A stretch of 64,000 nt of DNA, taken from Camelus ferus (lineage: Eukaryota). The stretch lies in the NCBI RefSeq assembly GCF_009834535.1, contig NC_045697.1, forward strand, positions 41,852,001 through 41,916,000, given 5' to 3'. A program made the translations under genes and the position numbers. The notes under the pieces are model-generated. The model made no database searches. It saw only the letters and a program-made list of their open reading frames with translations, and was not told the origin of the DNA. Within the stretch, counting starts at the first letter, position 1, and each line of letters opens with the position of its first letter. Below, in pieces: positions 13,804 to 26,299 of this stretch.

Positions 13804-13834
13804 TAAATTATATATAGTGGGGGAAAAAAATGCC

Positions 13835-13920
13835 TAGGACAGGGCTGGAGGGTCTGCATTCCTAACCAGCTCTGAAGTAATACTTATGTTGCAAAGCCAT
13901 TGACCACACTTTGAATAGTA
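13835..13920. mobile_element. MER5A-like hAT-Charlie MITE end
   Basis: tctgcattcctaaccagctc...tgaccacactttgaatagta resembles the MER5A terminus. Confidence 0.65.
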
Positions 13921-13997
13921 TGGAGGTAATAAGAGAGCTAGTCCTCTACTCTACATTTTCCTAGGTTCTCACCTTATCATCGGCTCACTTGAGCCAA

Positions 13998-14443
13998 AGT
14001 TATGGGTTGCATATTGTCCTCCCCAAAAAGATATGATGAAGTTCTAAGCCCCTGTACCTCAGAATGTGAACTTCTTTGGAAATAGAAAGGGTCTTTACAG
14101 AGATAATTAAGTTAAAGTCAAGAGGATGGGCCCTAATGTAATATGATCGATATCCTTATAAAAAGAGAAAAATTGGACACTGAGGCAGGTGCTCACAGAG
14201 TAAAGATGATGTAGAGACACAAGGAGAAGATGGCTACCTACAAGCTAAGGAATGTCTAAGGGACTAGAAGTTAGCAGAGAGGCCCGGAACACATCTCTTC
14301 CCAGCACCCTCAGCCGGAGCAGTGACCTGACAGCACCTTGATTTTAGACTTCTGGCTTCCAGAACTATGAGACAGCATATTTCCGTTGTTTAAGCCACCC
14401 AATTTGTGGAATTTTGTTACGGCAGCCTTCAGAAAGTAACAGA
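13998..14443 (+). mobile_element. MaLR solo LTR (MLT1B/C-like), essentially complete
   Basis: Starts gttatgggttgcatattgtcctccccaaaa; internal cctcagaatgtga...tttggaaatag; ends gacttctggcttccagaactatgagac...tttaagccacccaatttgtggaattttgttacggcagcc...aagtaac. Confidence 0.92.
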
Positions 14444-15474
14444 GATATAGTACTAACGACTTTTCCCTGACACCTCCCCATTCTCTGACACACAGGGAAC
14501 ACTTCGGTGCACCGCTAAACTTAGTGCGACGTGAAGAATGTGAGGACAGCACTCCACACGCAGATAGCGTAACAGGAAGGGGTGAGTCACGTTTCTCAGG
14601 TCTGCCCGAGATGAAAGCCTGGACTGGCCCTAGAGTCACTGCAGGTGTCACTCATGAAGCAGGTTACATCTGCTCTTCATGGTCTCCGTTGTTAGTTCCC
14701 CTTAGGAATCAACAAACTTGACTCTCAACACTAAAAGAACATATCCTCAGATTTTTATGAATATCTATCTAAATTCTCAAATACTTCTACAGCATATAAT
14801 TTTCTTCAGAAAATGAAACATAACTGAAAACTCAGAGAGGCCCCTTAATGATCCTAGACCTAAAGTAACTTGTCAAGGCATTAAAACAATTTCACAAATC
14901 ACTTTTGCTGTTGTTCTGTTGCTTTATAGCACGTTTCGTGGATTCACTTTGACATAGATCATCAATACTGTCAAATTTGAATTCCACAATTTATTCAAAA
15001 CTGCTCTTGTCTATGAATTCCTGGTTGTTCCTACCTCTTCACATCCTCCTCTGTGCTTCATTAGAAGCCCTACAGATTGCTTCTCTTTTCAAAGCCATTT
15101 TTCTACACTGAAACAAAGTTGTTGTTTTTTAAAAATCCTACTATGTTATTAAGTTTGTAATAAATATAAATAGAAAAATATTTCACATAGATTTTTATGT
15201 GAAGGTGTAGGAAAGAGTGAGGTAAACTAATCTCACTCACCAGCTAAATGATAGGTCCATACAAATCAGTCTCACACCAAACATGATTCAAACACATTCC
15301 TCAGCAAAATGACAAATTACTCACAAAGTATTACAGACCTTGGCTTTCATTTTAAAAGAGTAAAACACATGCTTCCAAGATCCATGAAAGTCAAGGGTGT
15401 GTGAAGTTCTTGATTTTGATACTCAGCCACCACACTTCTCCTGAATATAGTTCATCTTACTTCTTATACTCTCC

Positions 15475-15673
15475 ATCGTTCCCAACTAGGGATGGTACCA
15501 CTCCTGGGAGTGGTGTTTGGAAAAATGTAGGAGTGTTTGAGTTTTCACAATAAATGGAGGGAGTTATTGGCATTTAACGGGCAAGGCCTGGAGAAACCAA
15601 ATAAAGCAAAGCATGAGATGATAAATCTTTGCCCCTCACCCAATGCCAACGGCTCCTCTATGTTGAAGCCCGC
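15475..15673. mobile_element. MER20-like hAT-Charlie MITE
   Basis: gttcccaactaggg...tttggaaaaatgtaggagtg...tcacaat...ttattggcattt...ggcc...cccaatgccaac...gttgaagccc follows the MER20 layout. Confidence 0.6.
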
Positions 15674-16047
15674 TTCCCATTCTGACATTTCTTTAAGATT
15701 AATGATCTTTCCGATTTGGGCTCTGGGTTCACCTTTTGACTTCTGCCAGAAACCATGTTGACTTCACAAGTCTCCTTCTCTCTGATTTAACAGGTGTGTC
15801 ATTCCTTTGCATGTTCAAAGAATGCTGTTTCTCACCCTCTCCACTTTATGAACTGTGATAAAGAACATACCGTGTAACTAACACACCTGTTTTTCTTGGT
15901 TTGTTGTCTAATTTTTTTAGTGTTATGGATACATCTAATACTGTACACACTGTATTTCAGATAGGACATCTGGGAGATGTTTTTAAGCATTCTTTTGTTC
16001 AAGTGTCCAGCTCCCTCCACCATTACTGTTACTGTCTCATAACTTCT

Positions 16048-16160
16048 TTATCCACTCATTTTCAAACATAAATAAGCACCTGCTGTAAGCGCACCCACAC
16101 ACAGTGTTAAGCCTCACAGATGGAGATTACAGACAGTGATAATCAGATCTCCCTTGGGGA
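16048..16160 (-). mobile_element. L2 3' end fragment
   Basis: cactcattttcaaacataaataagcacctgctgt...cagtgttaagc (reverse L2 terminus). Confidence 0.55.
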
Positions 16161-16389
16161 TAGTCCGATTTACCTTGTTTTATTTCTCATTATTTTTTTT
16201 TCTATTCTCCATGATAACTTTCTACAACTTTGAACTTTTGCCTGATCTAGAAAAAACTCACTTCTCCACAAAACTGTGGCAATTCTATTTGCTAAAATAT
16301 CTCCACTCACATCTATGTTGATTAGCTTTTTGATTATTTCTTCTACTACAGACAAGTCCACATACATGTTATCATTTTAACCTTAAAAT

Positions 16390-16525
16390 TTATGATTTAT
16401 GCTAATGTTACAGGTTGTAAAAACTGAGGCTTAAAAGATTCAGTAACTTTCCCAAACAACTTGCTCATGGATTTCAAAACAGGTCTCGCTGACCCTACTG
16501 CCTATGTTCTTAATGAATATACAAT
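16390..16525 (-). mobile_element. MIR fragment
   Basis: ttacaggttgtaaaaactgaggcttaaaagattcagtaactttcccaaa...ggatttcaaaacaggtct. Confidence 0.7.
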
Positions 16526-17629
16526 ATTCCTGATAATTAAAACTTCCTTCACGTGACTGCCAGTGAACTTTGTATGCCCTACTTTTAAACCTTAGCATAG
16601 ACACAGTTGGCCTTCATTCTCAGCGCCTCAACTAAATGCATCACAGCTATTTTAGAAAACGGGTTATGCCTTCCAAGTTTCTATTAAAAATAAACCAAAA
16701 AAATGTTTAAAAACTTTTCTTGGTTTCTTAGCTAATACAAATCCACAAAGCAGAAGTTCCAAATATAACTAGGTAGTCCTCTGTGAGTTTGCAGTGCCTG
16801 CAGGCTTTTGAAGTCCTGTGAATTTGCCTTAATCTGTTGCTAGGGACACTGCACGTTGCTCCAAACAGCCTGCCAGTCTGAGAAACCTAGCGCGAATGAC
16901 ATAAGTGTTTCTTTCATCCAGGTCAGAGGATGGTGTGAGGCGATATGGGAGGTCATGGGAGGGGAGGAATTCAGGATTGAGAGATCAACTAGAGGAACAG
17001 GAAATGACAAAGAAGGAAGAATCCACAGACCCTAAAGGAAAAGCTTTCCAACCGAAGCTGTCCTGCTCCCCACCAAGCCCACGCCCCTTGAGAGCTTTTG
17101 GAATTGGTTCAGTCTAGTCTGACAGCAACTCAGAAAGGCCAGGGCACAGCTGACAGTGTCTCATTCCCTTGTCACACCAATGGCAATCACAGATCAGAAA
17201 CCCGCACTTACCAGAGACAGGGAGGCCACTTTGAGACCTCAATCAAGTGTCAGACTTGGGAATCTGGAGAGTTAAGAGTAAGAAATCAGTTTATAATTTT
17301 TTTCTGACACTTATCTGGCCCCAGGATCAAACATAAAGCATCAGTTTAGAATTAAAGAAAAAAATGAGTGATTTCCATTTATACCTAATTTATACATTAT
17401 TCTTCCATTTATACCTTCATCAGGAGGAACTGGGGAGTCTGAAAAACATAGAGGATGATGGGGCACGTGGTGCAGAGGAAGGACCACTCTAGACACCCCA
17501 CTTCTCCTGTGATAACTGGTATGATTGCCAACAAGCCTGGGCACCCCTCAAGCAGCAAGATGCCATCTCTACCCTTATTTGGGGCTGCTTAGTGACACGA
17601 TGGGTGTAGTATCTCCTCTGTGCAAGACA

Positions 17630-17825
17630 CCAAAGCTTTCTTTTAGCACGTGTAGAGTTTCATATTTTATACTACATCTTTGACTCCTCTAGAATTTATT
17701 TTGGTGGAAGGGAATAAACTCTTTTTTCCCAAATGGCTATAGTTGTACAAATACCTGTTGTCAACTCAATCATCCTTCCCCCACTATTCTGAAGTTCTAT
17801 ATTTATTATACAATAAATTCCTGTG
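17630..17825 (-). mobile_element. Old L1 (L1ME-like) fragment
   Basis: tctttgactcctctagaatttattttggtg...ttcccaaatggctatagttgt...tccttccccact resembles reverse L1 ORF2. Confidence 0.55.
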
Positions 17826-18806
17826 GGAAATGCCAGTAACTGGAATGGAGAAACTGAATAGAGGAAAAAATTCCATTCCCACTAAAACACCGTATGTATG
17901 CTTTCACCTTTCCTCAATGTTTAAAAATAAAAAGGAGAGCTGTTACAAAAAGGTGCCATATTTCTGAGGTGTCTCTTTCCTCGATTACAGGTTATTTTTA
18001 GCACATGTTGCTCTATTTTAAGCCGATAAATTAATTACCCCATTCACCTGTTAGTTCTTTGATCCCTCTGTGCGTCGCTGCTGACTCAAGGTGTAGGACA
18101 CTATGAATGATAGTTTTGCCAGCTCAGCTGAAACTAAATTGATACTCAATTTATACACGTCCTTTGCCACATTTTAGGTTTGCTTATAAGGGCATGGCCG
18201 GTTATGGATATTTTTAAGTGACAGAAGATTGAGCTTTTTGTTTGAGCAAAATAATCAACATACTTTTCTCTTCTTTTCTGAATTTCTTTATTATGAAAAT
18301 CAGGCTGGAAACACTGTAAAAGGCCCTTAGGGGATCTGAAAAAACTCTGTCAATGAGTTCAGTTGACTTAATTGTTTATTTATTCATTTAACAATTATTT
18401 ATTAACTTTCGTGAGCCAGAAGAAGATTCTAACCAAAGGTGAATGGTGAATGTACAAAGTTAAAATTTCTTTAATAATTCTAGCCTAACTAAGGATTTTA
18501 CCAGAACCTTAATGTGGAAACACTTATTTTTAGACTCTACATCCAATAATACATAGCTGTGTAGGACAAGTAAAATGTACCTAATTATTCTGTAAAGAGG
18601 ACTCAGTTATTTTCAATGGTTTTTAAAGTATTGAAAAACAAAATGAAACAAAACCTTTCTGGAGTTTACTAGGAGAGTCACCTAAATTAATGGAGAGGTA
18701 CATTGGTGCGAAGGGGCTGTTGTCCATAGCGGACTAACCAGACGAACACCAAATTTAGCAAAATGATACTAAGTAATCTGTCTATCCCTGTCTGGGTGTG
18801 TTAGTT

Positions 18807-19360
18807 TGTATTAGTCATGTCTTTTAATTTTCTGTATTTTTGATGCTTTGACACCTGGACTTTGCTGATTCTGAAGAGACTGACCCTTCCAAGGCTAGTC
18901 AAATCCTAGAGATAGGAAAGGCTAACCCACAGCGTGTCTTTTTGATAAAATTAAACCAATTCTGAGCCCATACCCCAACCAGGCCTTTTATCTGGCTCTC
19001 ACAAGGCTCCCACACTCTGGGCCACTATCCATCTGTCCTAAACACCTCGGGGCTGGATACCCAGACACCTTGAGACAGTCTCTATGCCTCAGGGTCTGCT
19101 GACATTATTTGAACTAGCCAGTCCTAAGCCTGCTTACCCTACATTGCCTGTTCTTTCCCAAGGAAATGACGATAAAGGATCTTGCCCACATTTTCTCTTT
19201 TCTCTCTCTGCCTCCTGGCCAACCTGGTGCTTCCCCACGTGGCCCTTCACTGCATGGCATGTCCCTCCTTTTGAAACCGTGAGTAGCAAACAACAGCAAT
19301 TTTCTCCTGATCTGTTGTTCTCACTACAACTAATTGATAATAAAACCTACATTTAAAACA
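18807..19360 (+). mobile_element. ERVL solo LTR, MER74A-like, complete
   Basis: TG...CA termini (tgtattagtcatg ... taataaaacctacatttaaaaca); internal blocks ctctgggccactatcc, attatttgaactagccagtcctaagcctgcttaccct and ctcctgatctgttg match the recalled MER74A consensus. Confidence 0.88.
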
Positions 19361-22300
19361 AAGGTCTTACGTTAACTTAAAAGAAAAGGAGATACTTCTT
19401 TATAGCTACAAAATAATTCCTTTCAATACACTGATGTGTTCTGATAAGAGTTATCAAGCCAGCGAAACCCCATGCTACAAGAGAGCAGGAGCAAGAGAAG
19501 GGACAGCCTCCAGTCTGTTTTAGACTTGGTCGTCAAAATATTCAAAGCATGCTGATCTTGAAACTATTCCACCAGAAAAGAGCATATAAAGCCCCTTTTA
19601 ATTGATTCTGAAACATTGGAGTAGAATTCTTGAACATTCCCTTAAGGTTGAATACACCTGTAACAGAAGCTTTGCAGTAATTTTCTGTTGATGGTTTCCT
19701 GGCCATTAGAAATACTTGGAAGTTGTAATTACATTGTCCTGCAGTGATTATTTGAATTATATATTGATTAAAAACTGTTTGGCTATTAAAATGTAGAGTC
19801 AAGTTGGCTATTAGTATTTCTTAAAAAATATTTGTTTTGTGTGGTAGAGGATGGCTAACAGGGGAACCTGGGTTGACACTGGGATAGGGTTTGAAGCCTG
19901 TCCTCATGTAAGTAATTTAAAGGTTTAAAAAAACAAGACTTGCTTGTGAAAATATGTAGTTGAAACACACTTTTTGTGATGGCCCGTCACAATCCGGGCC
20001 CACCTGCTAGCAACCAGACCCTGTCCGTTCCATTTCCTTAGAAGACACACCGGTTTCAAAACAAATGAGGCAGGCCTCTTGAGCAGACTTGCATAAAATG
20101 TTTTCAGTCTCTGTCTTCAGTGGAGAATTGCCTGCTGCCACCTGCTGCTACTCCAGCTGCCAAGTTCTCAGTGGCCCAGGAGGGGGCCCAGTGATTGTCT
20201 GGACACTCTGTAGCCTCCGAGGGACCTCTACCAGAAAAACAGTCATATCATACACCCTGCCTTCCATGTTTCCACAAACAGCCTAGGCCTACCTGAGGGA
20301 ACCTGGAAGTAACAGTTAAAAGTTGTATGAATGCTCATTACTTCACCTGAATCTACACTGTTTGGGGAGAAGTCAGTAGGCTAACTAGAACTTAATTACC
20401 TTAATGCTAAGGTAAAGAGATATAAAAACTACTAATATCACTTTAAGCCAACCCCATATCCTACAGATCATATTTAATCTCAATTGAGCAAAAGTGTAAC
20501 CGTGCGCTATGTGCAGAGAATTCCCGATAGAGGTTTCCAGCCTAGTACGGACCAGATGGGTGAGTCAGCATGAATGGCAGAAATGCCAGGAGAGACAGAC
20601 ATGACCAGGGCCTGCCTGGTAGCCATTTATCAACCCATTCTTTCCCACTAATCACCGCGTTTCCTGTTCACAGAGTGGGCAGTGATCTCTTGATCTCCAG
20701 GGAGGTGCATCTCTCCCCAGTCCCAGGACATAAATCAAAATTGCGTTCTTATGCGAGAAATAGAGATTGAGTGTAGGTCAAAAGAAAGCAGGTTCAGTAA
20801 ATTAAGGACTTGGTAAGTTTAAAGTCTAGAATAAAATATAAAGCTTAAAGAAGAGAGAGAGCAAGAACACAATGTGTTGAGGAATTTAAGCTTTTTAAAA
20901 AATTAAAGATACTTATCAAATATATAAATACAGCCTAATCTTTTCCTTTAACTAGGAGCGCTTAATTGCATAGAAGTCAATGTGTTTGAACAGGCTGGCA
21001 TGTGCTTTGAGGTCAGTACCTATAATCTCTAAACCTTTTTAAACCTCTTTGTATGCCACAGTCAGCTAGTTATCTAAAGAATAAACACAGACACTATTCA
21101 AGGCTTTTCTTGGCTGTTTACACTGATTCTGGTTCATCAGATAGATGACAAAGTTTCTAGTCTTTTCGCAAGGAAGGTGACCACGGGTACAGATGGACAC
21201 ACCACATTTGAACATACTGGACCTGCACTCATCATAGAGACACGGATATGCTCGTGTTTATAAAACGGTGACAAGAGGCCCTCCACCCTATCTTTTCAGT
21301 CATGGTGATCAAGTCACGTTACACCCTTTCAAAGAAGTAGCCAAAATGTACCTCAAGGCAGCAAAGAAACCAGGGGAGTATGAGTTCCAATATGGAAAGG
21401 CCAACCAATCATCAATTCTTTGTGCACCTCAAGTTCCATGTCTGTCAAATGAAACTATTTCTGTTCTAAATCACATAGAAAGCATGACAATGTTAGAGTC
21501 AAGTGTTTTCTGCTCACCATTCCACAGTGTTTTAACATAATGTGAAAGCAAGAAACCGTGAAGAGTGCATCTAAGGATCAGTCCAAGTGCACGTAGCAAC
21601 AGGTGACATTCTAGTTTACAGTATTAGACTGTTTCTAAACTGACCTAATTCAAAAGTGGGACAAATAATTTTGATATCATATGTTATCTAAGTGTTTTCA
21701 ATAACTTCAATGTTCACTGCATTTCAATATATCATAATTTTATCAGTTTCAAAGTCTAAGTAAAAACCAATTTTAAATAAAATTTTAAAATTCACTTTCA
21801 AAAAAATTCCAATTTTATCAATCTAGGCAATCTTAATTAAGACAGACAAGTACATTTCACAGCTTAACAACATGTTTTATTAAGAATTTTTGCTCTTGGC
21901 TTCATTTCTGCTGACTCTGAATTTCCTTAAATATGCTACTGTTCTTTCATTAGACTTGAAAAATTGAGCAGTTGAAGTACTGTTCATATTCCATTGCAAT
22001 TATTTGTTTTAATGTATTATCTTTCCCCTTATTGTAAAATTTGATAGCTTTTCAATCTCTTACTCGTCCTATTTTTGCAATATCTAATTCCCACGTTTTC
22101 CTTTTTTAAGAGCATGTGTTTCATGAATACAAATCCTTGTATATTTATATATAATACACTGTATCTCCTATATATTTTGTATAGATAGTCAATTAAGCAG
22201 CTAACATACAAAACTGGTGCAGTGTTAAGGCCTGCCTATTTAGCCAAGAGCACATATTGGATTCCTATTATTTTATTCCTAGTAAGCACATACTCCATGT

Positions 22301-22996
22301 CCCCACATACCTTCACAAGTGCGCACTGTAGTTACATTGTCCCTGTGCACACAGAACATGAAGTTCCAAAACTCAAATATGCTGACAACAAAAACTTTAG
22401 AAGCTGATTGAATTAATCATAAGTACATCAAAACACAGCAAAGTATTATTTGGTTCCCTTTTGGTTCTCAGACAGTTGTGTTTTTTTTTTTTTTTTTTTT
22501 TAAATCACACATACACATATCATTGGCCAAGCAGAAGGTTTCATTTTGACAAGCAAAAATACGGAACACTCCCATGTTACTTTTATCACCAGCTCAGACC
22601 CTAAGGCACTCCGCTCTCTCCAAAGTTTCAACCACTAAAATGTGAGTGAAGCAGAGAATACAGCACAGCCAGGACTCCAGAAAAACAGCAGTTCAGATTT
22701 ACATCTGAAGTAGTTCTTGCATGCTTTCAAATCAGCACTGAAATTCCGCATACGAACAGCTCTATCATTTGGCAGCAGCAATCAATAAAAGAATCCAAGA
22801 AAACGGCACCAAACTGATCACATTTCAGCGTGAGAACAGCAGTATGTCCCATCTGTTACCATAATTTGGACACCGTGGAGCGCTGAATGGATCATGACAG
22901 AAAACAAGGGTATAAATAAAACCACGCACAGTCTAGGTCCTGAATTTGTGGTGACATAAACATCCCCAAATTATCAAACACAATCAACAGCAATAC

Positions 22997-23330
22997 CTGG
23001 CAATTTGTCTCCAAATTAAGGAAGAAGCATGCAGCTCCCACCTTGCACAAACACCCACTTCAGTGGTCAGTGACAAATGCAGGCTGCACTTGCAGGCTGG
23101 GAGAGAGAGCAGCTGCTCTGTCCTGAGCCTCAGCCGCTCACAGCACCGTGGAGCCCAGCTCGCTCACTCGGGTCCTACTCTCTGTTGGTTCGCTGCAGTT
23201 TCTCCCATGACTCCATCACCCAGGAATGGAAACCGCTGCTCTCGCCACAGCTCTAGTGGGCTCTCCGGCTACTGAGCTCAGGTAAAAGTGCTGAGTCCTG
23301 CAAGGTCACCGCAAGGTGAACACGGGCAAA
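22997..23330 (-). promoter_or_regulatory. Candidate non-coding first exon / alternative promoter of a minus-strand gene
   Basis: Repeat-free, locally GC- and CpG-enriched block ending in donor-like gccag|GTATTG (boundary 22997/22996), followed by T/G-rich intron-like sequence; only short uORFs. 5' end uncertain. Confidence 0.4.
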
Positions 23331-23511
23331 AGGAGTGTACTGGACAGAGGAGGGACCGTCAAGGAAAGACTCTAAACTTCAGACACCTTGCCTTTCAGGA
23401 GATTCTGAACTCCATAAATCAGAGCTGCAACAATAGTCAGACAAGCAGTAAATCTGAGAATCCCCAAATGGCTCAAGCCAATCTGCTAACCCAGAGGCAC
23501 TCTTTAAGCAG

Positions 23512-23514
<3 letters not shown>

Positions 23515-23561
<47 letters not shown>
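23515..23561 (+). repeat. Compound microsatellite (TC)16(AC)7
   Basis: Read directly from the sequence. Confidence 0.95.
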
Positions 23562-24239
23562 GACTCCAGCATGGCTATTATAATTTTTAGACATCCTTTT
23601 CAATGTTTTTGCATACTCTTTCCAGGTAACATAGCTGAAAGAAAGGTCTTAGAAAATGAAAATATTCGCCAAAATCAAAATCAAATAATTCTCCTAAGAA
23701 TAAAATCATTTCTGGTTCATAAACTAATTCACACTGATGAAGTCTTGCTTTTTGTGCACATACTTGAATTATGCAACAGCACCCCTCCCCCAACTCCAGC
23801 CATATTAAAAAGACAGTAAAGATGTATTTATTTCAGAGATGACTGGCAAAATTAAGTAAATTTTCTCATAAAAATTCCTACCATCTTCTTCAAGATTAGT
23901 CTTGACTTTTGCACATTTCAATTTGGAGAGGTTTCAAGAAGACATTTCTTGCCTAAAACACAATCACCCTGCATGCAAACATTCTAGCCAGATATAAACA
24001 TGTTTATAAACGTTCCCCTGTAGAGTCTCTATGGGTTTTTATTTCTCATATTTTGGATTTCCCATCAGAAGTGGAGAGGAAACACTGTTTAAGCTTGCCA
24101 GAACATTATGAAACATTATTTTTCTTAGCTGTGTATTTTTTTCTTACATGTAAACAGTTATTCACTGAAGTTTAGATTGATTGGATTAATGGGAAATTAT
24201 TCTCACTCTTTAATCACCTTCCTTTTCCCTCCTTCTCCA

Positions 24240-24410
24240 AGCACATAACTTGAGCAATTTATCTAACCTCCTAGACATCAGTTTTGTAATCTATAAAATG
24301 GGGACTCATTACTGACGTCTGCCTTGGCTCCCTCCTGGGTGGGTATGAGGATGAAATGTGACAACATGGAGAAGCAAATGCTTTGTGAACTGTAGAGGGC
24401 TGGAAAAAAA
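24240..24410 (+). mobile_element. MIR SINE
   Basis: aacttgagcaatttatctaacctcctagacatcagttttgtaatctataaaatgggg...tgaggatgaaatgtgacaa...gctttgtgaactgtagagggct. Confidence 0.8.
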
Positions 24411-24529
24411 TGTACTTGCTGCATTTCCCGCCCTTCGATTGCCCCAGTTTACTCCTGAGGCTTGTGAATTACTTTCTGTGTTCTCAAGGGAGACTCCTCA
24501 GGCCTCCTGGGAGAGTGTTTGTTTCAAGG

Positions 24530-24830
24530 GGGCTATAAATAGAGTTCAAAGGTTGATTGAACTGCTGTCCTCATGGCAGATCTTGATGGCAGCGACCACA
24601 TGGCCAGAGCCAGTTAACTGTGAGCAACATGAGCTCCGTCTCGTCTGTGAGGCGGAATGAGACCAGCTGAAAGGCTGGGAGAAAACGCTCACGTGCATGG
24701 CTGGTTTCGCAGTTGCTGGTGTCCTAGTGTACTCCTGTGTGTGAGGGAGTTGCCCAAGAGGATTAATGAAGGGGAAAGGTTGGGAATGGAATGCCAAGTT
24801 CACTGCTGAGTTAATTCAGTAACAAATGCA
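24530..24830. promoter_or_regulatory. Enhancer-like motif cluster (MEF2, DR1, E-boxes, TEAD)
   Basis: CTATAAATAG 24533-24542; AGTTCAaAGGTTG 24543-24555; GGAATG at 24654, 24783 and 24788; CAGCTG 24664; CACGTG 24690; unique sequence between two MIRs. Confidence 0.4.
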
Positions 24831-24929
24831 TCTGGGCATCCGTGCTAATAATGTTCCTACAATTATGTATGCATTACTTAGAGATTAGGTTGAGGGAGGG
24901 CACAGAAGGGAGACCAGTGGGGAGCAGGA

Positions 24930-25135
24930 AAGGAGCTAACTACACGAGCACCTGTCTTGGTGCACACCCAGGGCTTTGAGCTTCGTGAACATTGTCTAAG
25001 TTAATCCTCATAGTAATCCTGTGAGGTAGTTGTTATTACTCTCATTTCACAGATAAGAATAATTTGCCTGCTCACTGTTATTGGTTGGTGGTGGAGCTTG
25101 AATTACAGTCAAGGTTTGCATGGCCTAGAGTCCTC
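24930..25135 (-). mobile_element. MIR SINE
   Basis: ttaatcctcatagtaatcctgtgaggtagttgttattactctcatttcacagataagaa (reverse MIR core). Confidence 0.85.
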
Positions 25136-26299
25136 TATTTGGAGTAAATATCTTAACTTATAACTTTCTTAGAAAAGAAAGGAAATAAATTTTGCTTTTT
25201 AAGTAGCGGGGGTAGGGAAAGCAAGAATTTAAATTATCACGAAACTTCTTCAAAAATATTTACTAGGCAAGCTAACTTTTATAAAGAGCACAGAAATGTT
25301 TAGAAAAACACATTGTGAGTTTTTACAACAAAGTCGTAGGATACAGAGAAAAGAATACAGGTTTTGTTAATATGTGCCTATAATTATTTTTTAAATTGGG
25401 TCTTGCATGCCTTCAAGTTGAAGATGCAAGTTTATAGGTCTTTCTCTATAGTAGAATACCACTCTGTGTTTTTTTTTTCAACAGAGCATTATTTTATTTT
25501 AATTTGTTTAAATTGCCAAATCCTTAGTAACGCCCTCAAGGAAACAAGATCATCTCTTACCCTTCACAGTAGCAGAAAAGACACATTTTTTTTTTCAACT
25601 ACAGTTTGGAGTACTGTAGAGGAGTCATCATTTTCACTTGCCTGAGTCTGAGGATGTTAGTAAAATGCCAGGTTCCTCCTACCAGTCCTATTGGGAAGCC
25701 AGAGGCAGAGTTTGAACAGCAGCCCAACCCAGTATATGTCCCTGCTCCCCCCTTTTTAAGTGGCATCACCAGCTGAAAGAGAAAGCTTGAAATTTATCTG
25801 CAAGCCAGCAGCGCAGCTCATACCAGATCCTTCATGCAGGGTAATCTCCCTTTTCCCAATTCTGCAGCCTTCTCTGAGAAGGCCACTGTCTGATTACACC
25901 TTGCCTCTGCTTTTAATACTCCCATCTGCAAAGTGCACCATCCAAGATCCCTTCATAAAATCAGCCTTTTCATCCTCCCCAAATCTAGCCTGAAAAAGAA
26001 AACTATAAGCTTGTAAGTCTTGCAGCTAGAAGCTGTTTGTTTCAGATATTTTTATTAAAGAGAGAAATATAACTGGGCCATGGGCTAAATTAGGAGTAAG
26101 TCAAAATAAATAGCAGAGAAAAAGAATAAAAGCAGGAAATTTAATCTCAGTTTTTCAAGTTAAATTCTGAATTAAAAAATCCCAAACACTAAAATCATCC
26201 CAAACAGCCAATCAACCCATCTAAAAGAAGGAAAGGGGACCTTCCGCTATTTGGTGTTCATTTCATTGCTACTTTAGCAAAGATGTGTTTTTCTTTTAA

